Source: Microbacterium sp. (GTDB lineage: Bacteria > Actinomycetota > Actinomycetes > Actinomycetales > Microbacteriaceae). From it: DNA of 64,000 nucleotides. Shown in pieces: positions 21,506-30,701 of this stretch; within the stretch, counting starts at the first letter, position 1, and the number at the start of each line of letters is the position of its first letter. The translations under genes and the position numbers were made by a program. The stretch spans positions 2,031 to 66,030 of the forward strand of contig NZ_DASUNI010000344.1 in the NCBI RefSeq assembly GCF_036277215.1, written 5' to 3'. The notes beneath the pieces were generated by a model. The model saw only the letters and a program-made list of their open reading frames with translations, was not told where the DNA came from and made no database searches.

Positions 21506-21550
21506 TTGTTGACAATCCGGTTGACAAAGGTCCGATGCGGGTTCTAGCGT
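21506..21550 (+). promoter_or_regulatory. Predicted promoter of the Tm-1-like operon plus TTGTTGACAAT motif (copy C)
   Basis: GTTGTTGACAAT-CCGG-TTGACA-18 nt-TAGCGT. This is the same motif/-35 architecture as copy B. Confidence 0.5.
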
Positions 21551-21618
21551 GAGGACTGAGGTCGTCGGGAATCACCGCGGCCGGTCCACCCGCCTGCGAA
21601 CGATGGAGTTCTCGCCCC

Positions 21619-22848
21619 ATGAGCGACACCGCGCCGACCGACGCCCCCCGGGTGGCCGTCCTGGCCACGCTCGACACCAAGGGGCCCGAGGCGCGATTCC
21701 TGGCCGATGAGCTCTCCGCGCGCGGCATCCGGCCCCTGCTCGTGGACATCGCCCTCACCGGCGCATCGCCGTCCGACGCCTCGATCACCCGGGCCGAGCT
21801 CGCCTCGCGCGGCGCGACCGACGCGTCGGGCGACGATCGCACCACCGCGATGGAGACCACATCGGATGCCGCGGCCGCCGTGCTCGGCGAGCTCGTCGCG
21901 GCGGGCTCGATCGCGGGCGTCATCGGCATCGGCGGCGGCACCGGCGGCTGGATGTCGCAGCGCGCTCTCGAGCCCCTCCCCTTCGGGCTTCCCAAGTTCG
22001 TCGTGACCACGGTCGTGAAGTCTTCGGGCGAGAACGACATCGTCCTCATCCCCAGCGTGGTCGACGTCGCCGGTCTCAACGGGCTGCTCACGACCGTGCT
22101 GCGCAATGCGGCCGCGGCCGTTGCGGGCATGGTCGCCCCGGTCGGTCCCCGCGCCGCGGTCGCACCACGCCCGACGATCGCGATGACCATGTTCGGCGTC
22201 ACCACCGCCGGCGGCGACGTCGCTCGCGCAACGCTCGAAGACGCCGGCTACGACGTCGTGGTGTTCCACGCGACGGGCGCGGGCGGTCGCACGATGGAGC
22301 GGCTCATCGCGGACGGCCGGTTCGCGGGCGTTCTGGACTGGACGACCACCGAGATCACCCAGAACCTCACGGGCGGGCTCTGCGATGCGGGCCCGAACCG
22401 TCTCGAGGCTGCGGCGGCAGCCGGCATCCCGCAGGTCGTCGTGCCCGGCGCGCTGGACGTCATCAACGTGCTGCCGCCCATCCCCGCGGAATTCGCCGAT
22501 CGCGCCCATCACTGGCACCTGCCGACCGTCCCGCTGGTCCGCGCGAACGCTGACGACAGCGCACGAGCCGCCTCGTTCGTCGCCGCGAAGCTCGCCTCCG
22601 CGACCGGACCGGCCGCGGTGCTGATCCCCGAGGGCGGGTTCTCCTCGCTCGACATCGCCGGCGGCGCGTTCGCGGACGCCGACGCCGACGCCGCGTTCAC
22701 CTCGGGCCTGCGCGACGCGCTGCGCCCCGACATCCCGCTCCGCACCAGCCCCCTCCACATCAACGATCCGGCTTTCGCCCGCGAGGCGGCTGCGACCCTG
22801 CTCGCGATGCTTCCCGCGTCGCCCCAGCCCGTGACAGAGAAGGAATGA
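21619..22848 (+). CDS. Tm-1-like ATP-binding domain protein (UPF0261 family)
   Basis: 409 aa. RVAVLATLDTKGPEARFL, GVIGIGGGTGG and TMFGVTT signatures as I recall for the UPF0261 / N-terminal half of tomato Tm-1. Confidence 0.75.
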   Translation: MSDTAPTDAPRVAVLATLDTKGPEARFLADELSARGIRPLLVDIALTGASPSDASITRAELASRGATDASGDDRTTAMETTSDAAAAVLGELVAAGSIAGVIGIGGGTGGWMSQRALEPLPFGLPKFVVTTVVKSSGENDIVLIPSVVDVAGLNGLLTTVLRNAAAAVAGMVAPVGPRAAVAPRPTIAMTMFGVTTAGGDVARATLEDAGYDVVVFHATGAGGRTMERLIADGRFAGVLDWTTTEITQNLTGGLCDAGPNRLEAAAAAGIPQVVVPGALDVINVLPPIPAEFADRAHHWHLPTVPLVRANADDSARAASFVAAKLASATGPAAVLIPEGGFSSLDIAGGAFADADADAAFTSGLRDALRPDIPLRTSPLHINDPAFAREAAATLLAMLPASPQPVTEKE

Positions 22849-22849
22849 C

Positions 22850-23671
22850 ATGGCCCGATTCACCAGGACCCAGATCCTCGAGCGGCTGCGCGCCCAGCTG
22901 GCGGACGGCAAGCCGATCGTAGGTGCCGGCAGCAGCTCGGGACTGATCGCGAAGTCGGCGGCGGCCGGCGGTGCCGACATCATCATCGTCTACAACACCG
23001 GTCGTACCCGCCTGATGGGGCTCGCGACCAACCACCTGCTCAACCACGCCAACCCGACCACGCTCGGCATGTACCGCGAGATCGCGAACGTGGTCCGCGA
23101 CACCCCGATCGTCGGCGGCGCGGAGGCGCAGGACCCGACGTACTGGAACGACGTCGATCGTCTCGTCAGCGACTACCAGGCGACCGGCTACGACGGGCTC
23201 ATCAACTTCCCCACCTCGTTCGCCCAGCCCGACCGCAACGACGTCGGGCTCGGCCTGCAGCTGGATTTCGACATGGTCCGCAAGGCGCGTGAGAAGGACT
23301 ACTTCACGATCTGCTACGGCTACACCGCCGCGCAGACGCAGGGCCTCGCCGCCGCCGGCGCCGACGTCGTGGTCCCGCACGCGGGATGGACCACCGGCGG
23401 CCTCGCGGGTGCGGGGAAGTCGGCGATGACCCTCGAGCAGAGCTGCGAGCACGTCCAGAAGCTCATCGAGCTCGCCCGCTCGGAGAACCCCGACATCATC
23501 TGCCTCGCCCACGGCGGACCGCTGTCGAGCCCCGAGGACCTGCAGTACCTCTACGACACCACGGACGCGCAGGGGTTCCTCGGAGCATCGAGCGCCGAGC
23601 GCATCCCCGTCGAGCGCGCCGTCGTCGAGACCGTCCACCAGTTCAAGTCCTATGCACCGCGCGTGGCCTGA
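22850..23671 (+). CDS. Phosphoenolpyruvate-hydrolase-like TIM-barrel protein (Tm-1 C-terminal-half homolog), copy 1
   Basis: 273 aa. KPIVGAGSSSGLIAKSAAAGGADIIIVYN, INFPT and CLAHGGP segments. Starts 2 nt after the UPF0261 stop. Confidence 0.7.
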   Translation: MARFTRTQILERLRAQLADGKPIVGAGSSSGLIAKSAAAGGADIIIVYNTGRTRLMGLATNHLLNHANPTTLGMYREIANVVRDTPIVGGAEAQDPTYWNDVDRLVSDYQATGYDGLINFPTSFAQPDRNDVGLGLQLDFDMVRKAREKDYFTICYGYTAAQTQGLAAAGADVVVPHAGWTTGGLAGAGKSAMTLEQSCEHVQKLIELARSENPDIICLAHGGPLSSPEDLQYLYDTTDAQGFLGASSAERIPVERAVVETVHQFKSYAPRVA

Positions 23672-23699
23672 GCCCGCGTCGCCCGAGAGGAACCCCCGA

Positions 23700-24575
23700 A
23701 TGAGCAGTGCAGGAGTGGCCGCCCGCGTCTTCACCCGCGCGGAGATCGTCGCGCGGCTGAACGCGACCCTCGGTCGTAAGGAGCCCATCGTCGCGGCCGG
23801 GGCAGGTGTGGGCATCATCGCGAAGTGCGCCGAGATCGGCGGAGCCGACCTGATCTTCGTCCACGCCAACAGCCGCTCGCGCAATCTCGGAGTGCCGACC
23901 TCCATCTACATCGGCAACCCGATCGACATGACCCTCGCGATGTTCCCCGAGATCGACAATGTCGTGGACTCCACGCCCGTCATCGCGGGAATCGACGCGA
24001 CGGACGGCCAGCGCCGGCGGTTGGCGCCGGTCGTCGACGACTACATCGCCCGCGGCATCAACGGCATCACGAACTTCCCGACGGCGCTGGCCTACACCGG
24101 CACGTGGGGCCGAGCACGCAACGACGTCGGGATGGGCTCGAACCGAGAGCTCGAGCTGCTCGCGCTCGCCGGCGAGCGCGACGTGTTCACGGTGGGCCAG
24201 GCGTACGACGTCACGTTCGCCGGCGAGCTGGCCGGCGCGGGAGCAGACCTCATCGTCGCCCGCTGCGGTCTCACCCAGGGTGGGATGGTGGGCCCGCGCG
24301 CCGACGCCGAGAGCAGCCTCTCCGTTCCCGCAGCCACCGAGCACGTGCAGGCGGTCCTGGAGTCGGCGCGGGCGCAGAACCCGGACGTGCTGGTCATCGC
24401 GCACGGCGGCCCGTTCAACCACCCCGCCACCACCGAGTACCTGTACGCCAACAGCGACGTGCAGGGCGTCCTCGGCGAGTCCGCGATCGAGCGGATCCCC
24501 GTCGAGCAGTACGTCACGGCTGAGATCGAGATGTTCAAGAGCCCGCTTCTGCGCAACCACGCGCAATACGTCTGA
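23700..24575 (+). CDS. Phosphoenolpyruvate-hydrolase-like TIM-barrel protein, copy 2 (paralog of 22850-23671)
   Basis: Colinear with copy 1 (EPIVAAGAGVGIIAKCAEIGGADLIFVH, TNFPT, VIAHGGP). ATG at 23700 with GAGAGG upstream. Confidence 0.7.
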   Translation: MSSAGVAARVFTRAEIVARLNATLGRKEPIVAAGAGVGIIAKCAEIGGADLIFVHANSRSRNLGVPTSIYIGNPIDMTLAMFPEIDNVVDSTPVIAGIDATDGQRRRLAPVVDDYIARGINGITNFPTALAYTGTWGRARNDVGMGSNRELELLALAGERDVFTVGQAYDVTFAGELAGAGADLIVARCGLTQGGMVGPRADAESSLSVPAATEHVQAVLESARAQNPDVLVIAHGGPFNHPATTEYLYANSDVQGVLGESAIERIPVEQYVTAEIEMFKSPLLRNHAQYV

Positions 24576-24594
24576 GCCGGAAGGAACCACAGCT

Positions 24595-25326
24595 ATGCCC
24601 ATCTTCAACCGCGAGACCCTCAAGGCCGCCAACCTGCCCTGGGTCGAGATCGAGGACTTCGAGTTCATCCACCTCGGTCGCACGATGGTGACCAACAACC
24701 ACAAGGTCACCGCCGACGAGAACGGCCACGTCGCCTATTGGGGCTACTACCAGGACCGCCCGCTCGCCTCGACCCTGCGGATCGACCCGACCACCCCGAA
24801 GGACCGCATCACGGTGGTCAGCGGTCAGGTGCAGGTCGAGACCGACGCCGGCCGGGTGACGCTGCACAAGCGGGACTACTTCGACATCCCGGCATCCGGG
24901 GCCACGATCACCAACAGCGGCCAGTCGATGGCCGAGCTCGTGCGCGTGATGGGCCGCTGGGACCACACGGTGCGCAACGAGATCTGCATGTTCCGACCCG
25001 AGAATCCGTGCGACTACCACTACCACGACGGCGACGAGTACTGGGTGATCTTCCGCGGGCACTTCACCCTCGACTACGCCGGCATGCGCATCCCGGTCGG
25101 CCCCGGCGACCTCCTCGCCGCAGGCAAGGGCATCCCGCACGGAGCACTGGCGCCGGAGGAGACGATGAACGGGATCGTCATGGCCATGCCGCTCGAGGAC
25201 GCCAAACGCGACGGACACCTCAACCACAAGAACCAGGGCGAGCCCACGGTCGGCCGGGAGGTTCCCGAGTCGATCTGGGCCGACCTGCGCGCGCGCTCCA
25301 TCGGCGACGTCGTCGTCCCCGACTGA
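24595..25326 (+). CDS. Metal-binding cupin domain protein (paralog B)
   Basis: CDYHYHDGDEYWVIFRGHFTL is nearly identical to paralog A. GGAAGGA RBS. Confidence 0.7.
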   Translation: MPIFNRETLKAANLPWVEIEDFEFIHLGRTMVTNNHKVTADENGHVAYWGYYQDRPLASTLRIDPTTPKDRITVVSGQVQVETDAGRVTLHKRDYFDIPASGATITNSGQSMAELVRVMGRWDHTVRNEICMFRPENPCDYHYHDGDEYWVIFRGHFTLDYAGMRIPVGPGDLLAAGKGIPHGALAPEETMNGIVMAMPLEDAKRDGHLNHKNQGEPTVGREVPESIWADLRARSIGDVVVPD

Positions 25327-25335
25327 GAGAAGCCC

Positions 25336-26370
25336 ATGACCACCACGCATTCAGTACCCAGGGTCACCATCGGCCGCTCCGGAATCACCACCTCGCAGCT
25401 GTCGCTGGGCACGTGGGGCATCGGCAAGGCGGCCGCCGCCGCGACCATCGGCGACGACGAGACGATCATCACGGTGCTCGAGGCCGCCTTCGACGCCGGC
25501 ATCACCTACCTCGACTCGGCCGACATGTACGAGAACGAGGACCGTCTCGGCCGCCTTCTCAAGGAGGTGCGCAACAAGCCCGACGACCTGCTCATCGCGA
25601 CCAAGTACGGCCACGGCAAGCCCTTCACCGCCGACGGTGTGCGTCGCGCGGTCGAGCAGTCGCTGGCCTCGCTCGAGCTGGAGACCATCCCGCTCATGAT
25701 GCTCCACGACCCGCGCGGCGAGGAGGACATGGCCGAGGTCTTCGGTGCCGGCGGAGCGCTGGAGGGCCTGCGCGCCCTGCAGAGCGAGGGTCTCGTCGGC
25801 GCGATCGGCGTCGCCACCGGCACCATGCAGCCGCTGCACGCCGCGGTGGACTCCGACGAGTTCGACGTCATCCAGTTCCCGCGCCTGTACACGCTGGTGA
25901 ACCGCGCAGCGAAGACATCCGGACTGCTCGAGAAGGCCCGGGCCAAAGGCATCGGCACCCAGCTGGCCGCGCCGTTCACCGGCAACATCCTGGCGACCGG
26001 GGTGCGCGGAGTCGACAAGCCGCTGTACGCGTACTGGCCGGCGCAACCCGAGGTGATCGAGGCGGTCGGACGCATGCAGGACCGCGCCGACGAGCTCGGC
26101 ATCACGATCGCGCAGGCGGCGGTGGCCTACGTCGCCACCGAGCCGCTGATCGACGTCGCCGTCATCGGCGTGCGCACGCCGGGTGAAGTCGAGGAGAACG
26201 TCGAGTCGCTGTTCACCGGCGTCTCGCGCGACGACCTCGAGTCGATCGCCGACGCCGGCGCCGTGGACGAGAGCCTGATGGGCGGCCCTGACTTCGTGTG
26301 GCCCTTCCCGCTCGATCGCGTGCCCGACGAGCTCAAGGACGTCGTGTCGAAGAACGCGGGACACAAGTGA
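25336..26370 (+). CDS. Aldo/keto reductase (aldose 1-dehydrogenase-like subgroup)
   Basis: LSLGTWGIG, LDSADMYENE, ATKYGH and MLHDP motifs. Confidence 0.85.
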   Translation: MTTTHSVPRVTIGRSGITTSQLSLGTWGIGKAAAAATIGDDETIITVLEAAFDAGITYLDSADMYENEDRLGRLLKEVRNKPDDLLIATKYGHGKPFTADGVRRAVEQSLASLELETIPLMMLHDPRGEEDMAEVFGAGGALEGLRALQSEGLVGAIGVATGTMQPLHAAVDSDEFDVIQFPRLYTLVNRAAKTSGLLEKARAKGIGTQLAAPFTGNILATGVRGVDKPLYAYWPAQPEVIEAVGRMQDRADELGITIAQAAVAYVATEPLIDVAVIGVRTPGEVEENVESLFTGVSRDDLESIADAGAVDESLMGGPDFVWPFPLDRVPDELKDVVSKNAGHK

Positions 26371-27383
26371 CTGCGCACACGACGACCCTGGGCCGCACCG
26401 GTCTGACCACCTCGCGCATCGGCCTCGGCGCGTGGGGGCTGGAGAACCCCAACGGCTCGCACCCCGCCGTGCACGTGCTCGGCGAGGAGGCGGTGACCGG
26501 GATGCTGCGCGAGGCGTTCTCGCTCGGCATCACGCTTCTCGACTCGGCGGAGGTGTACGCCAACGAAGAGGCGCTCGGAAAGGCGCTTCGTTCGCTCGAC
26601 AACGTCCCCGACGACCTGATCGTCTCGACGAAGTTCGGGCACGGCAAAGGCTTCAGCGGCGCGCAGATCCGCGATTCCGTCGAACGGAGCCTCGACGCGT
26701 TCGCAATCGAGTCCATCCCGCTGTTCATGCTCCACGACCCGCGCGGCGACGCCGACCTCGAGGTCATCTACGCGCACGGCGGCGCCCTGCCCGAGCTGCG
26801 CCGACTGCAGGACGAGGGTCTGGTCGGCAGCGTCGGCATCGCGACCGGCACGCTCGCGCCGCTGCTGTCCGCGGTCGAGTCGGACGAGTTCGACGTGATC
26901 CAGTTCCCGCGGCTCTATACGCTCCTGAACGACTCGGCGAAAAGCTCCGGGCTGCTCGAGAAGGCGCGGGAGAAGAACATCGGGACGATCCTCACGTCGC
27001 CGTTCACCGGCAACATCCTGGGCACGGGCGTGCGCGGCGTGGACGACCCGCTCTACAGCTTCTGGGGCGCTCAGCCCGAGGTCGTCGCCGCCGTCGCCCG
27101 AATGGAGGATGCCGCCGAGGCGTCGGGCCTCGCGCTGCCGGAGGCGGCGATGGCCTATGCGCTGGCCGAACCGCTCATCGACGTGGTGGTGATCGGCGTC
27201 AAGAACATCGCGGAGCTGCGCCAGGACGTCGCCGTCCAGGACGCGGACATCGATCCCGAGACGCTGCAGGGCATCGCCGAAGCGGGCCGGGTCGACCAGC
27301 ACCTGCTGGGCGGGCCCGAGTACGTGTGGCCGTTCCCGATGGAGCGCATGCCCGCCGACCTGAAGGCCAAGCTGGGGCTCTAG
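26367..27383 (+). CDS. Aldo/keto reductase, tandem paralog
   Basis: Colinear with the preceding AKR (IGLGAWGL, LDSAEVYANE, STKFGH, MLHDP). GTG start overlaps the upstream TGA. Confidence 0.85.
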   Translation: MTAHTTTLGRTGLTTSRIGLGAWGLENPNGSHPAVHVLGEEAVTGMLREAFSLGITLLDSAEVYANEEALGKALRSLDNVPDDLIVSTKFGHGKGFSGAQIRDSVERSLDAFAIESIPLFMLHDPRGDADLEVIYAHGGALPELRRLQDEGLVGSVGIATGTLAPLLSAVESDEFDVIQFPRLYTLLNDSAKSSGLLEKAREKNIGTILTSPFTGNILGTGVRGVDDPLYSFWGAQPEVVAAVARMEDAAEASGLALPEAAMAYALAEPLIDVVVIGVKNIAELRQDVAVQDADIDPETLQGIAEAGRVDQHLLGGPEYVWPFPMERMPADLKAKLGL

Positions 27384-28903
27384 TGCACGTCGTCGTCGTG
27401 GGCGCCGGTTCGGCCGGCTGCGCGGTGGCGGGACGCCTCGCCGAGGGCGGCGCGTCCGTCACGCTGCTCGAGGCAGGTCCGGACTGGCGCAGCGAATCCT
27501 GTCCCGACGAGATCCGCCGCCCGCGCGACGACGTGTTCGCGTGGCGGGTCGACGGCCGGGCCCCGAGCTCGTTCGCCTACCCCGGCGTCGTCGCGCGGCG
27601 ATTCGAGGACGGCCCGATGGACCCGTACCTGCGGGGGTGGGGCGTGGGCGGCACGTCGTCGCTGAACGGACTGGTCACGGTACGGCCGCCCACGGACGAG
27701 TTCGACGAGTGGGAGGCGGGCGGCTGCGCAGGCTGGGGCTGGAGCGACGTGCTGCCGGTGTTCCGCCGCCTGGAGAACGATGTCGACTACGGCTCGCAGC
27801 CGTTCCACGGCAGGGGCGGGCCGGTGCCCGTGGTGCGCCGGCAGCAGTCCGAGTGGGGCTCCGGCGACCGGCTCCTGGCAGATGCGGCGTTCGCGGCCGG
27901 TCACGCATGGGAGCCCGACTACCACCGGCCCGGGGCCCTCGGCGTCTCGCGCACGGCCAGCAACATCCACCTCGGCGTCCGGGTCACCGCGTACGACGGC
28001 TATGTCGAGCCCTGGCGCGGCGAGGGACGCATCACCGTCGAGGCGGACGTCACGGCGTCCCGGGTCGTACTGCGCGGATCGCGCGCCCTCGGCGTCGAGA
28101 CCGTCGACCGCGCCGGTGCGGTCCACCTCACGGAGGGCGATCACATCATCCTCGCCGGCGGAGCGGCCGCGACCCCTGCGATCCTGCAGCGCTCGGGTAT
28201 CGGGCCCGCCGGCATGCTCGAGGCACTCGGCATCCCGGTCGTATCCGACCTGCCCGTGGGCGAGGGCATCCAGGATCATGTGGGGTTCTGGCTGCAGATC
28301 GCGCACGACGGTGCTGAGCCGGCCGCGAACGGAGCCCGCGGCAACGCGACGCTGCGCTACAGCTCGGGCCTGCCGCACTCGCGCTCCGGCGACCTGCTCG
28401 TCGTCGCCGCGAATCCCGCAACGGCCGACGCCGCCGAAGTGGCATTCGGGGTCAAACTTGCGTACTGCCTCAGCCGGGGCAGCTCGCGGATCGTGTCACG
28501 CGACCCGCGTGCGGCAGCGGACATCCGGATGAACCTGCTCGCCGACGGGGGCGACCGGGCACTGGCGCGCCACGCGGTGCGCTCCTCTGTGCGGATGCTG
28601 GCTCCGCACACCAGCTCGGTGCGCGATCGCAACGGCGACGTCGTCGATCCCGACTGGAGCGACGCCGATGTCGACGCGTGGCTGCGCGCCTCCGCCCGCG
28701 ACACCTCCCACCTCACAGGCGGTGCGCGGATGGGTGACTCGGACCACGACACGACGGTGGTCGACCCTCGGCTCCGGGTCCTCGGAGTCGACGGCCTCAC
28801 GGTCGCCGACCTGTCGGTCTGCCCGATCGTCCCGCGCGCGAACACCTACCTCACGGCGGTGATGATCGGCGAGCGTGCGGCCGACTTCGTCCTGGGACGG
28901 TGA
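27383..28903 (+). CDS. GMC family FAD-dependent oxidoreductase
   Basis: N-terminus VVVVGAGSAGCAVAGRLAE (GxGxxG), GGTSSLNG, and C-terminal HLTGGARMG...VVDPRLRV.GVDGL.VADLSV. GTG start overlaps the upstream TAG. The 823-aa track ORF is rejected. Confidence 0.85.
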   Translation: MHVVVVGAGSAGCAVAGRLAEGGASVTLLEAGPDWRSESCPDEIRRPRDDVFAWRVDGRAPSSFAYPGVVARRFEDGPMDPYLRGWGVGGTSSLNGLVTVRPPTDEFDEWEAGGCAGWGWSDVLPVFRRLENDVDYGSQPFHGRGGPVPVVRRQQSEWGSGDRLLADAAFAAGHAWEPDYHRPGALGVSRTASNIHLGVRVTAYDGYVEPWRGEGRITVEADVTASRVVLRGSRALGVETVDRAGAVHLTEGDHIILAGGAAATPAILQRSGIGPAGMLEALGIPVVSDLPVGEGIQDHVGFWLQIAHDGAEPAANGARGNATLRYSSGLPHSRSGDLLVVAANPATADAAEVAFGVKLAYCLSRGSSRIVSRDPRAAADIRMNLLADGGDRALARHAVRSSVRMLAPHTSSVRDRNGDVVDPDWSDADVDAWLRASARDTSHLTGGARMGDSDHDTTVVDPRLRVLGVDGLTVADLSVCPIVPRANTYLTAVMIGERAADFVLGR

Positions 28904-28943
28904 GATCGTGCCCCTCCCGGTCCGCGCACCGGACGGCGTGCGG

Positions 28944-29612
28944 TCAATCCACGCTCGCCGCGGTCGCGTCGCGGATGCCGCGGAGCGCATCGAGGACGTT
29001 GTCGCGATGCCGGTACGCCGCCTCGAGCGCTCCGGCCTCGTCGCCGGCGATCACGGCCTCAACGACCCGTTCGTACTCGTGCATGGAGTCCACCCGACGA
29101 TCCGGCAGCTGGTACGGGTACCAGTTGATCCGCACCTGGCTCTGCAGCGTCTCGATGATGCGGGAGGCGGTCTGGTGACCGCTGATGCGGCGGATGACGC
29201 GCGAGATCTCCGAGTTCGCCGCTGCGGTGCGCGCACGGTCACCGTCCTCGACCGAGGAGCGCAACTCTTCCAGCAACGCGGTCAGCTCGGCGCGGTCGGC
29301 ATCGGTCACGCGCGTCGCCGCGCGGCCCGCGCACATCGCCTGCAGCGAGAGGCGCACCTCGGTCGACTCGATCGCCTCGTCGATCGAGACGGGACGCACC
29401 CGGGCGCCGCGATTGGCCTCGCGTTCGACGAGGCCGAGGGCTGCGAGTTCGATCAGCGCCCCTCGCACCGCGTTGCGCGACGTGCGGTATCGGGCGCACA
29501 GCTCGACCTCGATCAGACGCTCGCGAGGGTGGTAGACGCCTTCCCTGATGTCGTGCGCGATCAGGTCGACGAGCTCAGCCTTGGGCTGCGGCACTTCGGC
29601 CAGGCTGGTCAT
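28944..29612 (-). CDS. GntR family (FCD subfamily) transcriptional regulator
   Basis: LIEVELCARYRTSRNAVRGALIELAALGLVEREANRGARV wHTH plus an FCD-like domain. Confidence 0.85.
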   Translation of the reverse strand: MTSLAEVPQPKAELVDLIAHDIREGVYHPRERLIEVELCARYRTSRNAVRGALIELAALGLVEREANRGARVRPVSIDEAIESTEVRLSLQAMCAGRAATRVTDADRAELTALLEELRSSVEDGDRARTAAANSEISRVIRRISGHQTASRIIETLQSQVRINWYPYQLPDRRVDSMHEYERVVEAVIAGDEAGALEAAYRHRDNVLDALRGIRDATAASVD

Positions 29613-29739
29613 CCTCGGCGGGCTCCTCTGCGGCGGCTCCGGCGATCCGGACGGCGTCTACGTGGTGTCAGTGTAGTGCGGCAGGCGCAGGTGGCTTCGG
29701 GCGCCGGGGCGTGGCGCGTGGCGTGAAGGGTCGTGGTGC

Positions 29740-30636
29740 ATGGAGATCGTCGATGCGCAGGTGCATCTGAACATGATCGGGCTCGAGGCAGGGCTGGTGG
29801 CGATGGATGCCGCCGGCGTCGACGCCCTGGTGATCGACGAGTTCTGGGGCTTCGACGATCGTGGACGACCCCTGCCGTCGTCCCCATTGCCGGGCGGGTC
29901 GGTGCGGCACATCAGCCCGATCGGCGAACTGGCCGTGGCGCGGCACCCCGATCGCTTCGCCTACCTCACGCGAGCGCAGCCGGACGATCCCGAGCTGGAT
30001 CGTGTGATCGGCGAGCTGCGCACCGAACCGGGACGACTCGCTCTGCGCATCCTTCCCTTCGTGCCGTTTCCGCCGAGCGCCGGCGAGCGTCGCGAGAACG
30101 ACGAAGCCGTCGACGCCTTCGCCGCCGAGCTGGTCGGGGGTCGCTACGACCGGTACTTCGAGCTTGCGCAGGATGCCCGCGTGCCGGTGTTCATCCAGGT
30201 CAACGGCATCGGCATCGCCGGCCGGCTCGACGCGATCCGCGAGGTCGCAGCCGCTCATCCGGCGTTGCCGGTCATCGTCGACCACCTCGGCGTCGCGATG
30301 CCCGGATCCCGTGCGCACCGCCCCGACCGGTTCGCGCAGTTCGCCGAAGTGTGCCGGCTGGCGGAGCTGGCGAACGTGCACGTCAAGTGGGGGCATGCGA
30401 CGCGCCTGAGCGAGGAGCCGTACCCGTTCTCCGACGTCGCCCGGGCGCTGCGGAGCGTCGTGGACGCGTTCGGCGCCGACCGGGTCATGTGGGCGAGCGA
30501 CTGGACGCTCGATCTGGAATGGAGCTCGTGGGCGGAGTCGTTCGGGTACATCCGCGACGATGGCGTCCTCAGTGAGGCCGACCGCGCCGCGGTGCTCGGC
30601 GGCACCGTGCGCCGGGTGCTGGAATGGCCGCGCTGA
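29740..30636 (+). CDS. Amidohydrolase-2 family metal-dependent hydrolase (lactonase/decarboxylase-type TIM barrel)
   Basis: IVDAQVHL N-terminal metal motif, VIVDHLG, and the DRVMWASDW C-terminal motif. Confidence 0.75.
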   Translation: MEIVDAQVHLNMIGLEAGLVAMDAAGVDALVIDEFWGFDDRGRPLPSSPLPGGSVRHISPIGELAVARHPDRFAYLTRAQPDDPELDRVIGELRTEPGRLALRILPFVPFPPSAGERRENDEAVDAFAAELVGGRYDRYFELAQDARVPVFIQVNGIGIAGRLDAIREVAAAHPALPVIVDHLGVAMPGSRAHRPDRFAQFAEVCRLAELANVHVKWGHATRLSEEPYPFSDVARALRSVVDAFGADRVMWASDWTLDLEWSSWAESFGYIRDDGVLSEADRAAVLGGTVRRVLEWPR

Positions 30637-30657
30637 CCGTCGCTCCCCTACGCGACG

Positions 30658-30692
30658 AGAGAGCCCCGGGCGCGCATGCGCCGGGGCTCTCT
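30658..30692. terminator. Hairpin AGAGAGCCCCGG-N11-CCGGGGCTCTCT between convergent genes
   Basis: Perfect 12-bp stem read directly. Lies between the amidohydrolase (+) and the SBP (-). Confidence 0.55.
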
Positions 30693-30701
30693 GCGTGGGC
30701 C

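Noticed and set aside
26432-27382. N-terminal 317 codons of the 823-aa ORF, which would imply a giant fused GMC protein
   Set aside because: This stretch lies out of frame over the second AKR gene. The GMC FAD-binding motif (VVVVGAGSAGC) starts right at the GTG at 27383.
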